Below, in pieces: positions 53,876-64,000 of a stretch of DNA of 64,000 nt; positions within the stretch are counted from its first letter, which is position 1; the number at the start of each line of letters is the position of its first letter. Position numbers and translations under genes: made by a program. Origin of the DNA: Monocercomonoides exilis PA203 (Eukaryota; Protista; Preaxostyla). Under the pieces are notes generated by a model. That model made no database searches, was not told the origin of the DNA, and saw only the letters and a list, made by a program, of their open reading frames with translations. The stretch lies in assembly GCA_001643675.2 (NCBI GenBank), contig LSRY02000036.1, positions 372,001 through 436,000 on the forward strand. The letters are read 5' to 3'.

Positions 53876-54117
53876 TGTCATAATTTTTTTTGAAAAGTTC
53901 CTTTTGTTCATTTTACAAATTGAATAATAATTTCATATTTCGATCAAATTTCTGTTTCCACTCACAAACATTCGCTGTCATGAAAACAAAATCTTGACAA
54001 TGTTATTATTTCCATTTTTGTGTATTTTCGTGAGTGAGAACAGAAATTTGATTAAAATATGAAATTTTTCCTTTATTTGAAAATAAAACAAAAGGAACTT
54101 TTTAAAAAAATTAGACA
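53876..54117. repeat. Diverged inverted repeat, ~90-bp arms (probable old MITE)
   Basis: TAATTTTTTT..AAAAGTTCCTTTTGTT and AATTTCATATTT..ATCAAATTTCTGTT..CACTCAC are mirrored on the right arm. Confidence 0.75.
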
Positions 54118-54621
54118 GTTAACAAACATTGTTGAAATGATTACAAATTGTTTTGTGATCTCACATGAATTTCGAAAAATGAGCCAATTTTGTTCAAGAA
54201 TTTTTTGCTAACAATAATTCGTCCATAAGCAAAGTTTTTCATAGAAAAAGCATGAAGTTATATATATTCTCCCATTTATTGATGAAAGTTTTTCAATTAT
54301 CTCAGATATAAAATTATACCTAAATTTGAATAAAATGATCAAATCTGGATTCGATCAGGAAAATCCTTTTTTTCCCATTATAATAAACTCGAAAATATCG
54401 CACAATTATTAATTCTTTTAAAAATTTATTGGCAAAGCGAATGTAGAAAAAAACCATTCACATTATTCAGTTGCATGAAAAGAAATTATGTCATGCTAAT
54501 AAATACAAATATAGGAACAGGGAAGCTTAGATACTCCAAATAATGGAAAAATGGTTATTTTTCCAGAATAAAATAACATGAGAAAGCTTGAAATTTATCC
54601 TTTGAATTTTGTCGGATTGAT

Positions 54622-55914
54622 TTAATCTTTGAGCTTACTAATAATAAAACCAATGACTAAGGCAACCATTAATGCCAATCCAACCGCTGTGATAATGATT
54701 ATCGAGATGCTCTTATTTTTATCGGATAAACTTGATTTCTGCACCATATCAGATAATTTATTTGTACCATTTACAACTGTGTCAATAACTAATTGATAGT
54801 CTTCACCCTCTCCCTTGACTAATTCAGCTTTTTCGTAATTGTTTTGTGCAAACTCGAACGCATCTTCCTGATCACAAAAATCTTCAAAATCTGGCGCAGA
54901 AATGAACAAAGATGTGGCAGATGAGCGTGCAATGTTTGATCTATCAATATCCAAATTGTTTGCTGATGGAAGTTGTAAGTGAGACATGGCCTGTGGCATT
55001 TTTACGAACACAGCTCCAGATTTACCATTTGGTGCTGTACAAGATTTAAATGAGCATTTACTCATCCTTCCAATCTCTGCTGTTGACTCCTCAGATACAA
55101 GAGATATTTGAAGTCCACCTGCGTTTCTTCCTTTTGAATTAACTTCTGTCACATTCAACCCCTCAATTACAACTTTCGTTGAATTGCGAACAAGATCTTT
55201 TATGCTAATTGCAGCTCCGTTAAGCACATTCACCTTGCTGATTGCCACTCCAAATAATGAAACTTCGCTTGCTCCAATGAAGCTAAATGGAGAAATCGAG
55301 AATGTGACTGTTTCCTTTTCATCTTGGCAAGTTACTGAGTTCAATGTTACGACCCCAGCAGTGACTCTCATCAGGTTGTTTGCGACAAGATTATACGCAT
55401 TGGCATTAACAACAGCTCCATTTTGTTGATTTGCATTAACCCTGACAAAACGACATTTGGTTATTGTCAATGAAATTGAATTAGATCCAGCTCCAATAAT
55501 TGTGTGTTTGTTTGATCTTGACATTGGAAAGTTGAATGCCAAATGTTTGAATTCAACATGTTTTGCACAATTGAATAAAACTGATGATGCTGAAACTGCA
55601 CAATCAATTGTTGCTTCAGTGTTTCTGTATCCGTTGCTCTCTATTCCTTCTATGGTTATTCCGTGACTCTTGTTGAATGTGATTGGCTCAGCTTTCAATG
55701 CAGCTGCATCATCCACCACCATCAAATGGCACTCTTCATTGTCTGCAAGCAGATCATAAGCATCTTTCAAAGAACTTTTTTCATGATCGATTGATGCTCC
55801 ACTGCTATTTTCACTCCCACTGTTCTTCACAAAAGCATCTGTCAAGCCAATTGCACTAACATCTTGAGAGTGAATCATCATCGCAACTTGGATTAAAACG
55901 AATTTCAGAAACAT
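54622..55914 (-). CDS. 430-aa putative type I membrane protein, beta-helix/PMP-like ectodomain
   Basis: Hydrophobic N-terminus, CSFKSCTAPNGKSGAVFV motif, and a C-terminal TM segment IIIITAVGLALMVALVIGFII. Confidence 0.8.
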   Translation of the reverse strand: MFLKFVLIQVAMMIHSQDVSAIGLTDAFVKNSGSENSSGASIDHEKSSLKDAYDLLADNEECHLMVVDDAAALKAEPITFNKSHGITIEGIESNGYRNTEATIDCAVSASSVLFNCAKHVEFKHLAFNFPMSRSNKHTIIGAGSNSISLTITKCRFVRVNANQQNGAVVNANAYNLVANNLMRVTAGVVTLNSVTCQDEKETVTFSISPFSFIGASEVSLFGVAISKVNVLNGAAISIKDLVRNSTKVVIEGLNVTEVNSKGRNAGGLQISLVSEESTAEIGRMSKCSFKSCTAPNGKSGAVFVKMPQAMSHLQLPSANNLDIDRSNIARSSATSLFISAPDFEDFCDQEDAFEFAQNNYEKAELVKGEGEDYQLVIDTVVNGTNKLSDMVQKSSLSDKNKSISIIIITAVGLALMVALVIGFIISKLKD

Positions 55915-56635
55915 TCCTTTTGATTTTCAATTGTCTGTGTTTCCACTGATCGATAGAAACATTATTTGAAAGAAGGCCAATCACAAACTATGGTGAATTA
56001 AATACAAAAGATCTTTCACAACAAGATTGAGTCAACGTTTTGGAATACAGAAGTTATGCGAATAAGAAATATGTTGTTGAGAAATGTGAAGGAAAAGATA
56101 TTTCAAAAATGATAAGAAACAACTTTGAAAGAGCCCATTATAATTCAAGAAGAATTAATGTTTGGCAAATGGAGCACCATTTTTTCTTTTATAAATATAT
56201 GCACTATTTTTTCAAAACTTTTTCTGCTTTCATATCATTTTCTTTCTAACATTACTTATTTAAAAAAAATGCGAAAAATTTTTTCAAATAACGAAAATAG
56301 TTTCAAAAATATTTTCTGGAACAAAATTCCTAAAAAATAATATTTATTTAACATGTATTTTTTTTTTAAAATTTTTGTTTTATTTTATAAACAATGAAGA
56401 GTGTGTCCAATGCTATAAATAAAAGAGAGAGTTCCAAGAAGAAGAAGAAGAAGAAGAAGAAGAAGAAAAAAATAAAATAAAATAATAAACAAATAAATAA
56501 ATAAAAATAAAGCCTGGTTCAGATGTTTGCACATGTTTCAAATAATCAAACTTTTAACTTATTAAAAGGATGCTTTTATTTAGTGCAAAAGAAACAGTTT
56601 CACACCATGAAAAAATCACTAACCCTTTACAATTT

Positions 56636-59600
56636 ATGTCTGGAGCCAAAAAAAGTATTTGTTAATTTTATTGAATAAAAAGAAAAATGAACATATTCAT
56701 TGATGTCTATTTTTTGACTAAATACATTGTAAGATCAAAGGATTGATGATGACCTACATTTTATTGATTTTTCTTCTTTACCGATGAAATCCGACGAATC
56801 TACTCGTCCAGCTTGGGTTTTACCGGATATGCACATATTTTTAGAAGCATTTTCTTCTTCATATAAACAGGCATATGACTTTTTAATTGCTATTGCAGAG
56901 CCACTTTCACGGTTTGCATTTTTTATCAACCTGAAGCCTATGCCTTCATATTTTTTTTTTTTTTTGACTGCTTTAAGCCCTCCACATGTGCATGAGTATG
57001 TACTTACTCAACCTTCTCTAATGTCTGCAGTGTCAATTGGTATGACAACAAAGGATATAACAGAAGGATTGGATCATTTATCAAAAGTTTGTAATATTTA
57101 GGGAATGAATTCCTTTTAACTCTTTTATATAATTTTGGAAATATCACTGTAGAATTTTATTGATCGAAGAGTTTTTGCAACAATCAGAAAATGGACAAGT
57201 AAACATGCAAAAGTTAAACTTGTACTTCAGAAAAACAAGTTTGCATTTTTTGAATTTCAATACATCAACAGTTGAATTTATTAACGGTTAAACATAAAGA
57301 TATTTTCTTGAAAGTCCAGATCAGACAATCCTTCAAGAACTTCTGCAAAATAAAGTTATTAGAACAGCAGCAGAAAACGGAAGAGCACAGGCGATGGAGG
57401 AAATGTCAAGAAACACCGCAGCAGTTGAAAATGCAGAAGAAACTAACAAAAATTCAGCTTCATCGCACTCTTCTTTGGGCACCGCTTCAGTTTCTTCTCT
57501 GATGATGTCTATTGTTTCCACAGCCCAATCAGCCGCTCCATCTTCTTTTACAGAAATTATGACTGGCCATCAGAAGTCTCAGAATGCAGAGGACTTTCTT
57601 CTAAAGCAAGTCATTGAAAAAGGTTTCATATTTTAGTACTATTTTTTCAGTTTTGTTTGTTGAGAGTTTTTTATGATTGGAATTTAACAATCACTTATAT
57701 GTGTATAAAAATATGTTTATGTGAATATTTATTTACTGTTATGATAAAAACTCTAAAACCTAAATGCTTTTCTTTTCTTTTTTCTTTTCTTTTCATTCTT
57801 TTTTTTTTTAGCAGAATATTTGTTTTCCGGCAACACTTTTTTTTTTATATATTATTTTTAATTTTTTATTTTTTAATTTTTTTTTCCCCTCCTCACATCT
57901 TTTCAGACACCGACGAGTCGATCGACACGAGCACTGCGCAGCCGACGCTTCTGTTTTCGTTCCGCATTTCGTCAGCGAATGTGGAAGATGTGCGGCGGGA
58001 GTGCTTCGAGATGGGCTACCCGGCGCTGAACGAGTACGACTTCCGCGACGACCCGATCTCAAAGCCGCTACCGATTGAGCTGCGCGCCACGACGGTCATC
58101 CGCTCCTATCAGGAAAAGAGCCTGACGAAGATGTTTGGCAACGGACGGGCACACTCGGGGCTGATTGTGCTGCCGTGCGGGGCAGGGAAGACGCTGGTGG
58201 GGATCACAGCACTGGCCACGATCAAGAGGAGCACGGTGGTTGTGTGCAACTCGAAGTGTGTGCTGGGGGATTGGTTGGTTGGTTGATTGATTGATTGAGC
58301 GGGAAGAAGAGGATGAGAATGCTTATATTTTTATCAAAGTTTAAATATTTACTGAAAAAAAAGAAATTTGTGATACTTTTGATTATTATTTCTTTTGATT
58401 CAATCTGAATTTTCGAAACTATTGTTTTATTCCTTACTGACTTTTCATGTTCCATAAATATTCTTCTTCTTCTTCTTCTTCCAATTGTTTTTTAATTCTC
58501 CCCAGCACTGCTGTGGAGCAGTGGCGGGAGCAGATCCACCGGTGGGCGCTGATCAACGAGAAGCACGTGGTGCGCTTCACCTCACAATCGAAGCAGCAGC
58601 TGAGCGACCCGTGCATCCTCATCACGACGTACTCGATGCTGACAACGACGAACCGGAACAAGGAGTCCGAGGCTGTCATGGACATGATCTGCAAGCGCGA
58701 CTGGGGGCTGCTCATCTTCGACGAGGTGCACGGCCTGCCCGCGCGCACCTTCCGCCGAGTCATCTCCTCGCTGAAGGCCCACGCGATGCTCGGCCTGACT
58801 GCCACGCTCGTCAGAGAAGACGCAAAGATCGAGGATCTTGTCTACCTCATCGGGCCGAAGCTGTACGAGGCCAACTGGATCGACCTGCAGAGGGAGGGCT
58901 TCCTGGCACGGGTGCAATGCACGGAGGTGTGGTGCGAGATGAACCACGCGTTCTTCAAGGACTACTTGGCATCGGATGCACAGTGTGTTGTTTATCTGTT
59001 GAATGAGAAAGAGGAAGAAAAAGGCTTTTTTACTCAAATGATAATGAATAGAAAATTTGTATTAATTATTAATTTTAATGAATTTTGTGGAAACAACAAC
59101 AACAACGACAACAAAACGATATATTGACATTCACAATTATGTTCTATTATTTCTTCAAATGTATTCTTTATCCATCCCACCAACAGGCATCGACGTCTGC
59201 TGTATGTGATGAACCCGAACAAGTTCCGAGTGTGTGAGTATCTCATCAAATTCCACGAGGCACGTGATGACCAGATCATCGTGTTCTGTGACACCATATT
59301 TGCCCTCAAGCATTATGCGCAGATGCTCCGGAAGCCATTCATTTTTGGTGACACAAAGGAAGAGGAGCGAATTCTGCTGTATGATTACTTCAGGCACGGA
59401 CAGTGCAAGTGCATCTTCTTGTCAACGGTTTGGCTGAAAATATTGAATTTTCAAGAAATGCTGAATGATTCATTTGAAAAATCGTGTTTTCTTCGACATT
59501 TTATTCTATTAAATGACTTTTCCTTCCTTCTCTTTTGATAATCTTTTTTTTAAAAAAATGTTTTTTTTATTTTAATATTTTTTCAATGCAAACAGGTCGG

Positions 59601-60559
59601 TGACACAGCCATTGATCTCCCCGATGCGAATGTGATTATTCAGATTGCGTCGCATTTTGGCTCCAGGCGGCAGGAGGCGCAGCGGCTGGGCCGTATTCTG
59701 CGACCAAAGGCGACAAAAGGGGAATTCAATGCGTTTTTCTACTCGCTTGTGAGCAGAGACACATCCGAAATGTACTATGCGACAAAGAGGCAGCAGTTTC
59801 TGGTGGATCAGGGCTATTCATTCATGGTGGTGTCGGAGATAGCGGACCTGCCCATTGTGAAGGAGAGGAGGGAAAAGGGGGAGCCTCCATTGGTCGATTA
59901 CTCGTCCTTGCATTATTCGAGCAGTCAGGAGATTGAAGAGTCGCTTCGGATGATTAGAGATGCGAAGAAAGAGGAAGTTTGTGATTCCTTTTATTCTTTT
60001 TTTATGTTTTGAAATGAAAAAGAAAGAAAGTTAGAAAGAAAGAAAGAACAATTGGGTTCCAAGATTATTTTTGTTTATTTACATGTTATTTATTATTTAT
60101 TTATTTTATCTTTTTTTTTTTTAATCAAACTTTCTCATTTTAACATTATTCACACGCACTTTCATTTCCTCATTCAAACAGGGAGAAGTTGAAAAAATCA
60201 TCCAGAAGGACAGTCTGGAAGAGGTGCGACTTTCCAAGCGCCGCACCATCACCGACGCTGCTGCTGCTCCTGTCAGCTTGCTTGCTTCTGGTTCTTCATC
60301 ATCATCTTCGCTATCTGTGACAGCATCAACACCAACAGCATCATTTGTGGAGGGCAGCGCGTCTGCTCTTTCTGGAGGACGAAGCGGTGTATACTCTGGC
60401 ACTTCTCCTTCTCCCTCTCCCTCTCCTTCTCCTTCATCTCGGTCTGCTTCTACTTCATCTCAGCCTCAGCAGAAGAAGCAGTCGAAGTTCTTTGCAAAGT
60501 ACAACCGAGAAGAGGAGAGGATGAGGAAGAAGGGGGCAGAGCTGTTCAAGCGAGAATAG
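56636..60559 (+). CDS. XPB: TFIIH helicase/translocase XPB (ERCC3/Ssl2/Rad25), multi-exon
   Basis: N-terminal RPAWV...HIFLEAFS...DFLIAIAEP; motif I LPCGAGKT; DEVH; [10 protein letters not shown]; [13 protein letters not shown]; [18 protein letters not shown]; [18 protein letters not shown] 56636, TAG 60559. Confidence 0.97.
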
Positions 60560-61301
60560 CCAAAGGAAAGGGGCTGTTGGCATCTCCTTTTGGGGGGAGG
60601 CAATCCACAATTGCTGGCTCTGCCTTCTTCTTCTTCTTCTTTGTTTTCATTTCATTTCACTTCATTTCACCTTTATTTTAAAATACTTTTTTTTTAATTT
60701 TTTTATATTTCCTTTTCACTTGTGCCGAGAGGAAAGAGACACAAATGAAAGAACAAGGGGAAAAAAAAAGAAAGCCAGCTGTTGCACACGAAAATACTAT
60801 TAATGGAGAAAAAAACGCTCATCTTCTGATGAGAGTGTGGAAAACGCGTTTGCAGTCCAACGAAAACCCAGCAAACCATAAAAAAACACACGAAAAGCCA
60901 TTCATAACTCATCGAAAACGCAAAGACTCAAAAAACATAAAAGACGACAAAACAATAAAAATTCAACAAAAAAACGAAAATGCGAAAAATACTTATGGAA
61001 AATGGATAAGAGGCGCAGGGCAGCACACAAAGAGCTCTAAAAAGTGCACACACAAATTGCATTGAATAAAAGATGGATGATGCTGCTGACTGCAAACACT
61101 TGCAATCACACTCACCATCCAACAGAAGGCACAGCTTTCACAAATGAAGGCAAATGAAAGCAAATGATGATGATGATGATGAATGGAGAAGAAAGAGAAA
61201 ATGAAGATAAGATATGAAAAGAAAATGAAAGAAAAAGAAAGAAAGAAAGAAAGTGAGAAAGTGAATACACAAGATAAACAACCCAAGCACCGCCTTCGGT
61301 G

Positions 61302-61331
<30 letters not shown>

Positions 61332-61333
<2 letters not shown>

Positions 61334-63908
61334 ACACTTTCACAGGCAAGTCGCTGTCGATCTCCTTCTGAGGCACATCCGACTGGCTCGGCAGTGAAAT
61401 GGCTGGCTGTGTCTGAGGTGGCTGAGATGGTTGAGGTGGTTGAGGTGGCTGTGGATACGGCTGCTGCGCAATCACATACTGTGCTTGTGTGCCCTGATAG
61501 ACTGGCATGTACCCAGCTGCCACATTTCCCACTGGTCCATACACCACCCCTTGTTGTGGTGGCGGCTGCATCGGAGGCGCCTGAAACTGCACTCCCACTG
61601 CCACTGGCACCTGCCCTTGCTGCGGCAGCACCGGATACGGCGCCATCCCTGCTGGTGCCATCTGTGCCATCTGAACTGTCTGCACGCTGCTTCCGTTAGG
61701 CTCTGCTCCAAACTTCTGATCGTTCTGTGCTGTGTCCACTGCAACAACCATCTGCCCCATCCCTCTCTCGTTCTCGTCTCTCGTCGACCGCGGCTCAGCT
61801 GGCAGCGCAAAGCTGCTCCCGTTCACCATCAGCCGCGTCCTCCTCTTCTCCTCCTTCTCCTTCCGCAGCTTGTATTGCCGGCAGCACGGGCAGCACGCAC
61901 AGCACGCGCAGCACGGACAGAAGCACGCACACAGCACAACACCCACCGCCACAACCGCTGCCACCACTATGAATGCCACAACTGCCGCTATGATCACCTT
62001 CTTGAACGGCGCATCCGGCAAAACGTTGCTCATGTCCCCTGTCCCCTCCACATACACACGCGGCTGCTCGCTCATCGAGTACGACCGGTAGAACACCTTC
62101 TCTGTGATGATCGTGCTCCACCCTTCTTCTGCCTCGATGTCCTTCCCCCCGCTCTGCGCCTCGTTCCCCGAAAACATCATGTAGTTCATGATCATCTGCG
62201 GCCGCTCGCTCGCTTCATACACCTCCTGCTTCTGCCCTGCCGAAAAGAAGATCCCTCCCCCTCTCCCTTTCTTCGCCTCTCCCCCATTCACATCCGACGA
62301 CTTCATCGTGAACTTCCCCTGCCCACCCACCGACTCCACAAACAGGCACCCTCCATTTGTCCCTGTCACCCCATCCTTAATCGTTGTCGATTCGCAAACA
62401 AACGACCCCCTCTTCAGCACTTTCCCCAAATGCACACACCCTCCTTCTTCCTCTGCCCTCCCTCTCTTCACATCCGACGACCTCATCTCCAGCCGCGCCC
62501 CTTCGCTCACCTCCCCAACATACACACACCCGCCCCGCCCGCTGCTGTTCGCGTCCTTGATCGTCGACGACACAATCTCCGATACCCCGCTCGCCACCTC
62601 AATGTGCACCCCTCCTCCACACCCCGCCGACGCTTCCTTCACCTCGCTCGACTTCAGCACAAGCGTCCCGTTCATGCACACCCCACCCCCGCGCCCTCCC
62701 GCACTGCACTTCTGCATCGATGACGACTTCACCACCACCGACCCTGCCCCGCTCCCGCCCACAAACAGCACCCCGCCATCCAACGACGCCGAGCACGTCT
62801 TGAACGACGACGATGCAATCTCCACGCTCCCCGCTGACCCGTCAAGCGGCTCCACCGCAACCGCTCCCCCGCTCTGCTCTGCCGAGCACTCTTCAAACCG
62901 GCACGACGAAATCGTCAGTGTCCCGCTGCTGACAAAATAGATCGCCCCTCCGCTTCCTGTGCTGTGCAGGTTTTTGAATGTGTTCGACCGGTACGTCGCC
63001 GATGCTCGCCCAAACACCCCCTCCGCCGACGCTGCTGCTGCAATTCCTGCTGCTCTCGCCTCCACCCCGCTCGTCTTGCAGCTGTCGAACGTGCACTCTT
63101 CCACCTCCACAGCCCCGCCCCCAAGCATCCCCATCACAACACATCCATACAGCCCGTTTTCCACTTCCTCAAACCTGCACCCATGCACCCTGCACGCTTG
63201 CGCCCCTCCCAGCGCCTTCTTTTCTTCTTCTTCTTCTTCTTCTTCTGCTGCTGCTGCTGCTGCCCATGCCCCCTCACGAATGCCCCGGAAGACACACCCC
63301 TCCAGCACCACTGCCTCTGCACAGCTGTCTGTCACAAGCGCCTCTCCTCTCGCTGTGCTCAGCCCCTCAAACTCCATCCCAAACATCCGCACCTCGCCCC
63401 CACGCCCCATCCCTTTCACCAGCGTCAGCACCCGCTCTGCCCCGCCCACTGGCACAAGCTGCACCTCCGACAGCTCAACAAACCCGCCACGGTTCACCAC
63501 TGCATGCACACGCCCAAAGTCCAGCGCCATCTCGCACTTCCGCATCCCCAGCCTGCTCTCCTCCCCCACCTCTGCAACGCTCGCCCACACGCTCCTCAGC
63601 CCCACCCAGCGAAGCGAAAGGCTCGACTTCTCCAGTTTGAACAGCTCTCCTTTCTCCCCGGCCTCTGCCGCCACCACTGCCCCGACGGACGCCTTTTCGC
63701 TTCCCTTCACCACCAGCTTGCGCATTGCTATCATGTTCGACCCCGTCTCGTACTCCCCGTCGGCCAGACGCACAACTTGCTCCAGCCCATTTGCTCCTTG
63801 CTCTGCCCGGCCCACACGCGCTGCCAGCGCCAGCGGCTGTGCTGGCCCTGCCCTCGCATCTGCTAGCACCATCAACGCTGCCATTGCACAGAATATCACA
63901 CAATTCAT
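61332..63908 (-). CDS. 858-aa type I membrane protein: signal peptide, PMP-like GG(A/G)(I/V) repeats, TM, Cys cluster, Pro/Gln/Tyr tail
   Basis: Intact single ORF with repeated F..CSA..SGGA(I/V), TM VIIAAVVAFIVVAAVVAVGVVL, followed by CACFCPCCACCACCPCC. Confidence 0.88.
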
Positions 63909-64000
63909 TTGCTTTTATCAAAGATATTTCGAACTTGTTGGCCCATAAGCACTTGGATGAGAACAAATTCATTTCAATATTTGTTAAGGGAAATTGTGAA

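Noticed and set aside
61394-63972. Long overlapping plus-strand ORFs (up to 430 aa)
   Set aside because: They are antisense shadows of the GC-rich 858-aa gene.

Overview
This is eukaryotic, AT-rich, intron-containing DNA read with the standard genetic code. Its gene families and GAA/TCT microsatellites resemble an oxymonad such as Monocercomonoides (inference, not verified). Apparently intact genes: a >2260-aa hypothetical protein running off the left edge (absent from the ORF track), a protein made of twenty 30-aa repeats, one member of an expanded helical family (two damaged paralogs also present), a large ARM-like protein, two beta-helix/PMP-like membrane proteins, and the TFIIH helicase XPB. 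Region 7.8-47.4 kb is dominated by DNA transposons, defined here from terminal inverted repeats (TIRs) and target-site duplications (TSDs). These are: a 3.1-kb GG-terminated element, a 5.7-kb hAT, two 358-bp TA-flanked foldback MITEs, a 254-bp MITE abutting an 8.2-kb GGG-terminated element with an AGAT TSD, a pogo-like element, and a 409-bp Merlin-like MITE carrying TTAGGG motifs plus a tRNA-like Pol III cassette. The hAT and the 8.2-kb element both enclose mosaics of decayed gene fragments joined at simple repeats, and they share one cargo family. Coordinates of decayed fragments are approximate; all alignments were done by eye.
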